Source of the DNA: Carcharhinus longimanus
Lineage: Eukaryota
Reading direction: 5' to 3'
Length of the DNA stretch: 64,000 nucleotides
Assembly (NCBI GenBank): GCA_030264375.1
Contig: JASCQW010000105.1
Span: 71,532,602 to 71,596,601, forward strand
Both the position numbers and the translations under genes were made by a program. Positions 37,011 through 49,576 of the stretch are shown here, one piece after another. The notes below the pieces were generated by a model that did not search any database, had not been told where the DNA came from, and was given only the letters and a program-made list of their open reading frames with translations. Numbering within the stretch: the stretch's first letter is position 1; each line of letters starts with the position of its first letter.

Positions 37011-37558
37011 TTAGTTACCATCTTCTTCCTCCTCCTGAAGCAATTTCTCTCTTCAATATTATATTGGTTGCTTTAATGTGCACTTCTGTGGAATTTCCAA
37101 GGGATCGCGCATATTCTACTATCTGAACAGAAGGTATCAACTGACTTCAATCAGAACTTGCATTTATATCACACCTTTAATGTAGTAAACAATTCAAAAG
37201 CACTTGACAGGAAAATTCTCTCAAAATTTGGTAGGTATTAGAGCAGATGACCAAAAGCTTGGTCAAAGAGATGAGTTTTAAAGAGCATCTTGAAGGGAGA
37301 GGGGGCGGGAAATTTGGAGATTTAAGAGAAGGAACTTTAGTGCGTGGAGCAAGGAACTTGAATGGTTGTGGGGCAGGAGGAGGGAGGAGTGAGGCATTGA
37401 ATCAGCTAGAATACAAAAGGACTATTATTGCAAATCATCTGCCTCCTGACTGAAGGAGTTCATCTGTGCCTCAGATAGCTATAGGAATAAGTTGTAATTT
37501 CTGGAAAGGAATGCAAACTTACCGTCATCCTCCTTGACAATCTGGTAGGCAATAACCC

Positions 37559-37642
37559 AGTAAGAAGTCTCACAACACCAGGTTTGTGTTGTGAGACTTC
37601 GTACTGTGTTTAACCCAGTTCAACGCCGGCATCTTTACATCA
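37559..37642 (-). mobile_element. Mini Penelope-like hairpin insertion with an ~11-bp TSD
   Basis: ggcaataaccc (37548) and ggaaataaccc (37643); 21-bp stem with a 7-nt loop. Confidence 0.85.
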
Positions 37643-38526
37643 GGAAATAACCCCCCAGTCAACTCTACAAGAGGGCTACCAACGATAGATGGCTGCATAA
37701 TTTCTCAAGGATTCCGACTCCAAAGTTAACTGGGAGGTTCCTTTGCAGACTGCTCCTCCAAAAAGCAGATATTGGATAGAGGTTAGTGAATGTTTTGATA
37801 GTCCCATTGGTGCCTTGCTTGGGTACAGATTTACATGCGTTTAGCTACTGCATTTAGACCAGTTTTATGGGCTTATAGTCTGAAAGGTATTCAAATATCA
37901 ACTGGTAGCAATTATCTGCAACATCATTGTGGGTGCCACCAGAATAATTTTCTCGTGGGGTCTGCTGGGGTGAAGCTCTGAAATGCTGACTTGTTAAACA
38001 TTTTTTTGAAAAGGGTGGAGATGCTTTGCCTTTGTTCTGCATGATACTTAGCAACTAAGTGTGTCGGACCAACTTGCACTGATGAGTTAATGGTGAGTAG
38101 TCGAGTGGTTAGCAACACCCAAATCAAAAATATATCAAGCTCAAAAAAATTCAAAATCAGAGTAATGGTGTTCTTGGTTTGTTTTTCCAGTTTCTCAATC
38201 ATTGCTCACTAATGTCATTTTCATCTTTTACTTAAAAGTTTACTTGTCTCAAACACTTAAGTACTTGAGAAAAATGTGGCAGCCAAAAATGTCACTTTTG
38301 TTTTACAGGAAAGCATTAAATGCATTCTTTGTGAATGCGTTAATGTATTTGACAGAATTGTCTCAGCTTTGGCAAAAGTTGGTGTAGACATATTGCCTAA
38401 ACTTCGTTTATATTGACTTACGCCGTTTATCTCAAGATAAAATCTCCTGTCAAATTGGTAGATGAGACTCAGTTATGAGTGCTACCACACATTTATCACA
38501 TTGAAAGCTAGATGAGGCAGAATGGT

Positions 38527-38865
38527 ACGGCACAGCAGCACAGTGGTTAGCACTGCTGCTTCACAGCTCCAGTGACCTAGGTTCGATTCCTGGCTCAGGT
38601 CACTGTCTATGTGGAGTTTGCACATTCTTCTCGTGTCTGCGCGGGTTCCCTCCGTGTGCTCCGGTTTCCTCCCACAGTCCAAAAATGTGGTTAGGTTGAT
38701 TGGCCATGTTAAAATTGCCCCTTAGTGTTCTGAGATGCGTAGGTTAGAGGGAATAGTGGGTAAAATATGTGGGGATATGGGGATAGGGCCTGGGTGGGCT
38801 TGTGGTCGGTGCAAACTCGATGGGTCGAATGGCCTCTCTCTGTACTGTAGGGTTTCTGCGTTTCT
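38527..38865 (+). mobile_element. Full-length HE1 V-SINE
   Basis: A-box cacagtggttagc, B-box ggttcgattcc, V-domain gtggagtttgcacattct..gtgtctgcgcgggtt..tgctccggtttcctcccacagtccaaa, HER1-like tail. Confidence 0.95.
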
Positions 38866-39034
38866 AAGAAGCTGTCTTATGTGCCAGACACTCAGCAGAT
38901 CTCGCAGTTCCAAGATTCCAATGCTACTTTTTGTATAATTGGCACTTGTATTATTGCTGAAGAAAAAAATAGCCATTTCTTCCACTAGCTGAAACTTGAC
39001 TGCATATTATTTCAGCAGATAATTCATCTTGTTG

Positions 39035-39365
39035 TGCTGAGGGAGTGCNNNNNNNNNNTCAAACTGCTAACTTACAGATCAAAAAACTACTAAAACCATA
39101 ACCATGGTCTGCCTGTTCAGCTGATTTAAAAGATCCATGGCAAAGAGGAGCACAGAATTCTCCTCATTGCTTGGTTTACATTCTTCCCTCAACCACCACC
39201 AAAAGCAGATTCATTTAACACCTTCATTTAATTTTTGATGAGAACCTCTCGTGCACAAATTGGGTGCTACGTTTCCTTATGTAGTCAGGATTGTAGTGGT
39301 TGAGAAGCACTTTGGGATATCCCGAGGAAATGCTAAGGCATCATGTCAAAGCAAGACTTTTCCTC
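39035..39365 (+). mobile_element. DeuSINE fragment
   Basis: gtgctgagggagtgc..aaaagatccatggc..gtgcacaaattgg..aagcactttgggat. Confidence 0.65.
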
Positions 39366-39729
39366 AAACCGAACAACACACTGCTTCACCCATCTCCAAT
39401 CAATGATTACTTCAAAATAAATTGAACAAAAAATAAGTCTCAAGTAAAGTTTTGATCAGAGAATATGTGTTAGCTTTTTTAAAAAATCTTGCATATGGCA
39501 GGGAATAAAGACTAAATAAACAACCAAGATGTGGGGAGACTGCTTCTGTCAGAATATATATACTTCTTCAAAACAAACCTCAGCTCAAAAGCGACTAACC
39601 ACAACATTAAGATTAAATGTGAAATGCAAGAAATCTGGGAAGCAGAAAATGCATAGCATAGTTTCCAAATTTAGCCTAAAGTATATTCAACCTGGCATAC
39701 TCGAGTTAGATGAACAATAGCAAATATAG

Positions 39730-40260
39730 ATAACAACTTGAATTTACATAGTGTCATAAACATAGAAAACCACGCAAAGAAAATTATAAAACACATTACA
39801 AATCAATACCTCAAAGGAGAAATTTGGAAAGACAATTGAAAGCTTAGTTAAATGGATATATTTTGAGGATTTTGAAGAAAAAGAAACAGAGGGGTTTTCA
39901 GAGGGACCTAAGCTGCTACGAGCATGGTCACCAACAGTGGAGTTGAACAGCAGATGTTGGAAGAATGTTGCAATCTCAAAGGGTTGTTAGCCTTGAGTTT
40001 ACTAATATAGGGCAGGAAAAGTCAGGCAGGGGTTTGAAGAGGAGGATATAAATTTTATATTCAAGGCATTGGAGGATTGGGTGCAAATATAGTTCAGTGG
40101 ACATAGGAGTGATGGGTAAAAGGGTAGCATATACACATGCAGCACATTGGATGAGTTGAAGTTCATAGAGAGTGAAAGATATGTCAGTCAGAAAAGTACT
40201 GAAATAACGTTTGGAGGTGACAAAGGTTCAGGATTAGGGTATAGGAAGGGGACAACAGAA
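39730..40260 (-). mobile_element. L2 LINE 3' fragment
   Basis: caacttgaatttacatagtg end; complementary to features of 4930-5490. Confidence 0.55.
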
Positions 40261-41884
40261 TGGATGGGTTTAATCTTGAATACAGTTGTCCATGAGCTCA
40301 TGAGTGGGAGAAAGGGTTTGGAGTGAAGCAAAGCAGCTGGGGTTAAACTGCCACCACTTTACTGGGGCATTGTTTGAATGATGGAACAATTCAAATTACA
40401 TACAACTTGGAACACGGTAATATAAATAGGTCATGCAGATGTTTGAGCCTGTTTCATCATTTGATTAGGTCATCCTTACTCATACTTCAACATCATTATC
40501 CCACCTTTGATCAATGTTCATCAGAAGAGTCTCAGCAGGCTGGGTTCTTTTCACTTTTGGAGAAAAAACCGAGGGGTGACATTCATGTTTTTGATGAACA
40601 TCCAAGAGTGAGGCTGTTTCTCGTTTAGGATCAGTGCAAACTATTCCAATAAACTTCTACCATTGCCTCAACTCCCAATACCAAGCACAAACATTTACTT
40701 AATGGTGGAAATTTCAGTTTACTTGACCTAGAAGCATAATGGAGATCCATCTGCAAGATTCAAAATCGAGAGAAAGTAGATCCATAGCATAACAGTGTTG
40801 GGAGCACAAACACATTCTGCTGCTCTCATCAGTGAAGTTAAATAAATTCCAAAATGTTAAGAGAACTGAAATGAACACTCCCTTGTACAGCACAAAACCA
40901 ACACCTCAATGCAAATACTTTGGGCTGCCAACTGCTAAGTTTAAAACAAACACACCAAACTCAAAATTGCCTGCCTTATTGTGATGCTGTACTCAAGGCT
41001 ACAGGAATGAACACTTTCAGAAATATATTCTGTTCAAAACAACTGCATCATTACATAAGATTACTGATGTTGGAAAGAGAAGGTAACTTTGAGTTGTGTC
41101 CGCAGTGAACATATGGAGTAACTCAATATAACGTCAATATGGTACTAGAGAATATTTAAAAACATTCACATTCTAACTGAAGTGGTTACATTCTGATGAT
41201 TAGTCACAAATAACCGATTTCTAAGCGACCACATTTAGTACTACTGAGTAAACTTTGGGCCTGGGATCAAATTCTTTTCAGGAGCAAACAACATCTCAGT
41301 ACACAAACCATTACCAATTTCAAAACAGTGAAGCCATCATATACACATCAGCTGTATTCACACAAATATTTCACTTCCACATTCACCACTTCACCACCAC
41401 CAGCATTTCTAATCTATTATCCAAAGTTACAAAATGGAGCAACACGACTCAGATCAAGACTGCATACCTGACACGGCCACCATACCATGCTCATCATGAT
41501 GAATTTTACATAAAATATATACTTCTAACTTAAGTATACAATAGGCTGGAGGCACAAGAATGGGCTAGATCTTTGAAAAGAACAAGAAGGAAAACAATGA
41601 AGGAGTCAACCAATTATGGCATCTAATTCAACAGCATAGTGCAGGAGTCTAGATTGCTCCTAGCTGAGAGGGTGCCAATGTAGTCCATAAGAACCCATTT
41701 GGAAGAACTTTTGGGGGGAGGGGTCTTTGATTTCAATTAAAAAAATTGTGCCAATGGGAATGATTCTTATAACAAATCTTCCTTAATGAAGCAAAGTAAA
41801 GCATTTTAAGATTAATGGAAAATACTGAAATTTGGTTGCTGAGTTCCAAGTCCTCAAGCTTCCACCAAACACAAAGTACGTAAG

Positions 41885-42035
41885 AAAGAAACATAAGAAC
41901 ATAAGAAATAGGAGCAGGAGTAGGCCATCTCGCCCCTCGAGCCTGCCCCGCCATTCAACAAGATCATGGCTGATCTGAAGTGGCTCATTCTCCCCATAAC
42001 CCTTAACCCCCTTGCCTACCAAAAACCTATCTAGC
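41885..42035 (-). mobile_element. CR1 3' end
   Basis: aacataagaacataagaaataggagcaggagtaggccatctcgcccctcgagcctgccccgccattca. Confidence 0.9.
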
Positions 42036-43509
42036 CGCGTCTTATTACCACAACAGTGCATGTATGCAGAGGACAAGGCCACAATTACTAACCCTCCTTG
42101 TCCTCAAACTGAGGAAAAATTAGAATAGTAAATCGGAATATTGAAAACATTTTACTTGTGTGTGTAGTGATGCACACCAACAAAAAAAATTAAGGTTAAC
42201 CCTTGCCTTTTAAATTAGCTCTTAGGATGAGTGTGACAAAAGTAAGGACGTATTTCTTGCCCACCTAGCTGCCCAAGACAATAAAAATCTCTCTCTCAGG
42301 ATCACCCAATTCATACAAAATAGGCGCTCATACAAAAATAACGACGACTTGCAATAGTGCAATGAGGTAAACACTCCGAGAGAGAGAGAGAGAGGAGGGA
42401 AATAATAAGGAAGCAAAATAAGAAATTGCGATTTAAAATACTGAAAGATCTATGGATTCTAATGACATTGGAAAAGCAGGGCATCCAATATCTGTTTACC
42501 ACTGTCAAAGAGTGAAGCTTCTGTTCTGTATTTTTTTCTGCAGCTGTTCATTAGAGTACACTTGGCAGAAATACAATGAAAATTCAAGAAAGACTTAATT
42601 TAACTGGACAAAAACAACACAGACCATGATCTTCCACCAAATTGAGGAAGAGAAAAATGAAAAACAATGGTATGAACCAGGGAATTTACTAATGTAATCT
42701 GTAATCTTTAGAGCTGTGCAGAACACAAATTTTCTCTGAGCAAGAAAAATTAACTGCCATTGCAACTGTAAAAATGCACGCTCAAAATGAGAGAGATCTC
42801 CAGAAAAACTTGTGTAAAAGCCAATCTGAAAACACAAACACTTGCAAATGATTAGCTACAAACAGCCTTCCATTTACCAAGCCCTTTTTTAACTTAAAAA
42901 TGGGACACAGTTTTGTGTCACATTTTAAAACACCTAAGTATGCACAGGCCAGGGCCACCAGACTGTTGCTGGAATCCTTTTTGTGCATGCCATTTTAAGT
43001 TGCTGTCCCTGTTTCCAAAAGCACCCCATGGACAACATGTACCAGAAGATGTGTATGTGTGCCTTAGGAATAGGATCCTCTGTAGAGTTACTATAATTGG
43101 TATATCAAGGGAGAAGGCTTTGTTGGATCTGGAGAAATGAGGCAGATCAAGTGGAGCAAGTTTCAGATGGAGCATTTAGGGGGCAGTGGTTTTCAAAATC
43201 AAAGTTCAGATTATCTATGAAAAAGGACAAGCAGCAATCGAGAGTAGAAACATTTAATTGACGGAGAACCAATTTAAGTGCATTGAGAACAGGTCTAATC
43301 TGGATAAAGGCAAAGTGTTCCTTGATTAATGAAAGAGATGGGTCAAGAAGCAGAGAAGGGGTGCATTACAGATGACATGTTGACAATACAAAAAAGCAGG
43401 CTGAATATAGAAAACCCAAAGGAGAGGTGGAAATGGAAAAAAGCACAAAGAGAACTTTGTGAAAATAACCTAGCAGCTACCATAAATGGCAATTCAAACC
43501 AGTGTTCTA

Positions 43510-45070
43510 GCCAGGCTGCCTTTATCTGAATTCATCAAGAACTGGAGACCATCACTCCTGTGACATCTGCACAACCTTCTCTGCCTCTGCTCAACTGAGG
43601 AGGCAGTGCCCCAGGGTACACATGATGCAAGAGATTGTGATTATGTACAAGAACAAGGGCTATTGCAGTGATTGCAAAAATCGTTATAGCATTGCCTTGC
43701 TGAACATTTGGGGTGGGGGGGGTGCGGGGGAAGAGGAAGAAAGTGGAGGAATATTTGCTCATGTTCCCTTCATCAGATTGCATACCTTGGTTTGATTAAA
43801 TCTACCTTGTGGTTTGAGAACTCAAAGAATCAATATGACCATCTCAGCTGCAATAGAAATGCTGTGAACACTATACATTGCCATCATAAGTCTCACCAAC
43901 AAATCTGACCATCTGAGCAGAGGTGGTCAATTTAAACTGTTGGAGAAAACTGACTGCCAATGCTGCCAAGTGTGATCTCCTCTTTCCATGACATCATGAT
44001 GAGGAAGGACAATCATGACAGGACAGCACTGGGACTATTTCAAATCCAGAGTGGGCTCAAACAGGGTTGTTCTGCCCACCAGCATTTTCTTCTTTTTGCT
44101 GTCACACATTTTTAGGTCATCCACCTAGCTGTTTACTGGAATTAATGGAATGCCATTCAGCCTTGCATAATTAAAATCCAAGACAAAGGTGTGTCAAGTC
44201 CACATCAGAGTTGCTCGAAGTTGACAATGTTGCGCTAACATTCCACACTGAGGAACACTTTCAGCAACAAACGGACCTGTGAAGACTTCAGTTTGAACAT
44301 CAGTCTCAGGAAGACAATGGTCATGATCCAAGATGCTGCCATAAAGCCAACTATCACCACTGACAACTTGATGCTGGAGACTGTTAAAGCTTTATATATT
44401 TATTCTCAATAATCAACAGTACCCTGTCACTTAATGCCAAAATGAACACGTGTATTGCAAAAGCTGCAGCTGTGGCACCAAGCTAAAGAATATAGAACAG
44501 CAACAAACTGGCAGAAAACACCAACTGCGAGTCTATCAAGCCTGCATCCTCAATGTTCTCTACAGTGATCGGACCTGGACAACATGCTAGGTAGGAGAGA
44601 AGGCTGAATAGTTTCCACTTTCACTAACTCAAATGCATCTTCAGCATCCTGACAGGACATGGTCACCAACTCAAGAGGTCCTGGAGTGTGCTAGATCCAT
44701 CAGCATACACATTGCTTAGCCAAAGACATCTGTGCTGGCTCAGCCAAGTTCATCTGATGGGCAACAACCATATACCCAAAGATCTTCTGTAGTGAATTGA
44801 CTACTAGGTCATGGTCTTTTGGATATCCTTCTCTCTCCCACAAGGAAACCTGCAAAAATGAGATGATGATGGTGGACATCAATAACTACTGACAAAGGTG
44901 AGAAGACAGAAGCTCAGCTGCCCCAAAAGAAGATTCAAAGAAAACGTGCACTTTCTCAGCCCATTGTTTTCCTCTACAGCAAACGTGGCAGGCACTACCA
45001 CACCTGAGAAGAGCTCCTGAGCCACACCTGTTTAACACAGGTGACCACACCACAAATCATCTTACAAGAC
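43510..45070 (+). mobile_element. Degraded RTE-clade LINE
   Basis: tttcaaatccagagtgggctcaaacagggttgt (FxIxSGxKQGC); ttccatgacatcatg; cgagtctatcaagcctgcatcctc (RVYQACIL). Confidence 0.8.
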
Positions 45071-45119
45071 AGAAGTCTGCCATAAAACAAAACAAAAGGC
45101 AGCATCAGAGGCTAAAAAA

Positions 45120-46320
45120 AATGAAGATATTAGAAGGCTAACTTTACTTAAAAGTAGATAAGCCACCAGATCCTGGTGGGATGCATGTTGAGGGAAGCCA
45201 CGGAAAATCGTACCCTCGGTCTGAATCTTCCAATCCACTTTAGTTAGGGGTGGTGCTCAACGGCTGGAGCAATGTAAACTTACATACACCTTTATTCATA
45301 AAAGAGCGTAAAGTTTATTTGTCACAAGTAGGCTTACATTAATACTGCAATGAAGTTACTGTGAAAATTCCCTAGTCACCACACTCTTGTTCTTGTGCAC
45401 CGAGGGAGAATTTGGCATATCCAATCCACCTAACCAACACATCTCTAGACAGTGGGAGGACTGTGGGCAACCGGAGGAAACCCCGCAGACGTGGGGAGAA
45501 ATGTGCAAACTCCACACAGACAGGGACCCAAGCCAGGAATCAAACNNNNNNNNNNGCTGTGAGGCAGTAATGTGCTATCATGCCATCCACAGATAAACCC
45601 ACTAACTACAGGCCATCCAATTTAACCCTGGTGGTGAGAGATTTTAAGAAACAATAGTCCAGGACAAAACTAAGTCACTAAAAGACAAGGAAAGCCAACC
45701 ACAAACAAGCTTTTCACATGATACAAGAGAGGTTAATGAGTAATGCAGTTGATGTGGGCTTCCAAAAGGTCCTTGATGAAGTGCCATATAATACACTGGT
45801 CAGTAAAACTGAAGCCCATGGAATAAAAAGGAGAGTGTCTGAAGCACAACAAAACAGAACAGCAATGACTGGCTGTTTTATTGGGAATGGAGGAATGTAT
45901 ATTGTTGGAGTTCCCCTGGGCTTGGTACTGGGACCACTACTTTCCTAGACATATATTAATGAGTTGTACTTTGGTGTGAAAATTTGGAATTGTAGTGAAC
46001 AGTGAAGAGGATGCTGATTAAGTACAACAGGATATGAGACAGGTTGGTGGAATGTGCAGATATCTGACAGATGAAATTTGCCACAGAGAAGTACAAAATA
46101 CACTTCAGTAGAAGAAGAGGCAATAAAGAATACAATATAAATTAAAGGGTACAGTTCTAAAATGGATGTGGGAAACAGTGACCCGAGGATATGCGCACAT
46201 AAATTGTTCAAAGTAGCACAGCAGGTTGAAAATGTAGTTAAAAAGCATATAGCTTTTTAAAGCTTTCTAAACTTAGTACAAAAGAAACAAAGGTATATGG
46301 ACCCTTCATAAAACACTGGT
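45120..46320 (+). mobile_element. Old CR1 with a nested minus-strand HE1-headed SINE (45310-45590)
   Basis: aactacaggccatcc (NYRP), FQKVLDEVP, GVPLGLVLGPLL; the SINE carries gtaggcttacattaatactgcaatgaag. Confidence 0.75.
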
Positions 46321-47165
46321 TCAGGCAGCTGATTTAACATATTTAGTGGGTTTACATACATACTCAACAAAACAAATTTCACCTTTGTTTTTTGTCTTGG
46401 CCTGATCCCACATCCATTTTAGAACTGCACATTGCGCAAGATGAGCGCAGGGACTGCTGCACCACTTGCTTGGTCCTTCTTAGTCACTCAGTACTTTGTG
46501 CAGACACTCTCTGAGCTCTCAGCCTCCCGAATGCAGCAGTGTCAAGATAGGTGCTGTACATGCTCCAAAGCCCAGACTGAGTTTTGTTGTTGACACTTGC
46601 TGCACACCACAACAATAGTAGTACCTGGAGTTCCCAAATGACCCAGGATCTGTCTTTAACAGGATTGAGGTACCTTGCCATGTCCCCCTAAATATTACAA
46701 TATTCAGAGATAAGATACTTAAGTCTGAAGTTTTAAATGTTAAAATTTCAGAGATTTAAAACCTCATTTTCTGAAACCTGGTTTAATTATTCTGGTTCCT
46801 AATCTGAGATCCTTACTCATTACTGACGCATGTTCACAACCTTAATTCCTTCAACGCAGCTCCTATTTCTCAGTTCTCTGTCACCTTTTTGTTTTTCCAT
46901 TGGTTTGTGATGCTCTGTCTTCTATGCTTATTTATCCGCCTTGATCTTCTGACAATGTTCTTTCAACACTGCATGTAATATCCTTAAGTGCTCCCCGTCG
47001 CCCCCACCCCGCACATTTCTATTAATGACTAGGCAAAATAATTACCAATTGCAATGGAAGAAAATGGAATACAAAATGAATGGAACATTGCTCCAATATA
47101 AACTGGCATAATGGATACCCTTTCAGCTTCTTCATACTGCCCAGTCATTCCACAGAGCAACTTAC

Positions 47166-47177
47166 CTGTCATTTTTC
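47166..47177 (-). CDS. Candidate 12-nt microexon
   Basis: Consensus donor CAG|GTAAGT; pyrimidine-rich upstream region ending cttaaag; in phase 2 it reads (R)KND(R/S). Confidence 0.35.
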
Positions 47178-47503
47178 CTTTAAGTATTGAACACAAGTTA
47201 TATTTAAATAAACATACATAAAAGAGGGGACAAGGAAATGATAATCACAATACTTATTTGTTTGTCCTGTTTCCATATTGTGGTGCCTTGACCCTGCCCA
47301 TCAGTAATGATCACTACCATTGTATAACTAACCTAGTAAAATTTTCAAATACATTTGGATAATGGGGCATTTAACTCATTTTGGTAAAAAACGAGGGAAC
47401 ATTCAAGATCTTGTCCTCTCAGTAAACTGTTCCACTGGACCACACAATAAAACATGATTCCTTTTGTAAAGGCTTTCAAAATATCAAAGCTGTTGTTTCT
47501 TAC

Positions 47504-47581
47504 CTGATACAGGTTTGAAGAACAATTAGAAAGGTCATCACAATTCCCATGGAGCAGACCGAAGGAAAAAGAAGAGAAAAA
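47504..47581 (-). CDS. Candidate 78-nt exon with a possible transmembrane segment
   Basis: Acceptor cttttaattcag, donor CAG|GTAAGA; frame FSLLFPSVCSMGIVMTFLIVLQTCI is hydrophobic; an alternative open frame reads FFSSFSFGLLHGNCDDLSNCSSNLYQ. Confidence 0.45.
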
Positions 47582-49549
47582 CTGAATTAAAAGCTTGTTT
47601 TAAATCTCAAACACTTGCCATTTTCCTAGAAAAGATCAGCAATTAATCCAGTTAACAAAAGTACCAGTTCTATCAGAGTTTTTGTGAAATAAGCCACAAA
47701 CTAGACATCTCCTATAAAGGAGCAACATGAGTTCCTCACATGCTGGACAAGAAAAGAATTATTATACACAGCACTGCACTATATTACACCTAAAACAGGT
47801 TATGCAGTCAACCAACACTCACTGTCTCAGTTAAGGCATGAAGAGCAGCCCCTTGGGAATGGTACAGGAGGATTATATTACCTGTGGAACTGACTGTCAA
47901 CATTTGTCAAAGTTGAGATGAGAAGAGGGGATGGGTAAGGTGGGGGAGAAAAGGAAGAAAACCTGAAAAACAAACATTTCTACAGCTGCTGCATCACAAT
48001 GCCTCAAATGACATCAGCCAAATGGTTGCAATGGGTCCCTCTGCTTTGTCTGCAGGCAAAGCGGGAAGCAAAAGCAGCTACCTGAAAATCTGAATTATCC
48101 ACATTTGCTGCAAGCCAAGCGTTGTATTTATACGCAGTGATTGAACCAATTTTAAGACAATATACCTCATAGGCAAGACCAGGTAACCATTTTTCTGTTG
48201 TATTTAGGGATTGCCATCTGCATTAGATCATTTACAGGGGTTTAAATATTACCATTTCTCATGGGTTATCTAGTTTTTATGTCTAAACAATCAAGTTGAA
48301 TTAAGACTTCAACAAGGACACCGAAAATGCATTAAAATAAAATATAAATAAATCTTCCATACTTCTGCCTCCTCCATCCTGGGGAATTTTAGAAAAAAAG
48401 CATTCTATAGATTTTCACTCCCTCCTGATGTAAAACTTACACATTGTTGGACATCTGACCCTGGTCTCAAAAGCTGGGTATAAATTGTATTGTCATAGTA
48501 ATACAATATTTCTAGAGTAAGAAAGCTATCAAAAGACAAATAGCATTGCTGAACTGCAGTCTATTTTGAGAGTTTTTATTTCTGAAAATTACTCACTGGA
48601 ATACTAGAAGACTGCAAGTATAACAGGTTACACAGCAAGACCAACAGCACCTTGAGAAGCAAGACAGGTTAGTGCTTTGTCTTTACAACAGCTCAAACTC
48701 ATCCTGACCCTTTCTACCAGAAATTTTGAGCAGTGGCTTCTTTTTCCTGACATTTTTCCTTCAGAGGCGTTAATGAATCTTCTGCACATTTCCAGTATGG
48801 TCAGTTTGTACTTGCTTCTTTGAGTTTTGTTGCAGCTCTCATGGAAAATAAGCTTTTATTACAAAATTCAGCACTAATAATTCCCTAAACCTTAGCTGAT
48901 TCTTGAGTCATCGCCACCTTTCCATTAAAACATCCATTAGAAGTGATCTGATTAGCAGCTATCAAATAGAATTAACAGACACACAAAGAATGAGAAACAG
49001 GTTGTAAACTACGAATAGTTGATATCAAGCTTCAAACGTCAACAATAAAGCATTAAATGACAACTTGACAATAATACTGTCTGAAAGTCAAAATTAAAAC
49101 AGGAAACAAAAATAATCAGATCTGATAGGTTGCCTCAGAGAAAGAGAATTAATGCCTCAGGTCAGTGACTTGCATCAGAATTAATGTTTCTCCACAGTTG
49201 CTGCCAGAACTGAACATGTGCAGCGTTCTCTGTTTCTCCCCCTACCACCTCCTCCTAAATTTCCAGCATCCATTGTGTTTTTTTGTTTTGCATTATTGTT
49301 TAATATTACATTTGAAGGTGTTAAAAGGTAACCCAGAATGACTTGCCCTTCCAATCTTCCCACAGCTCCTGCAGAATAATTTCTTCCTCTAACCTCCAAT
49401 CCCAACAACGTGATCATAATATCAGCTGCACTTTCAGACACAGCAGTTTGAGTCCATTTTACAGTGATGCTGTTAGCAAAAACAACTGATCCTATTTTTA
49501 ACGAAGTGTAAATATTAACATTGCTTTGGATACAAAGTAATTGGACATT

Positions 49550-49576
49550 TGTGTGTGTGTGTGTGTGTGTGTGTGT
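49550..49576 (+). repeat. (GT)n microsatellite running into a gap
   Basis: tgtgtgtg... then N. Confidence 0.95.

Noticed and set aside
38527-38600. tRNA-like A/B boxes here and in other SINE heads
   Set aside because: They continue into SINE bodies, so they are not tRNA genes
47250-47335. VVIITDG peptide resembling a vWA motif
   Set aside because: No good donor before an in-frame stop; probably coincidental
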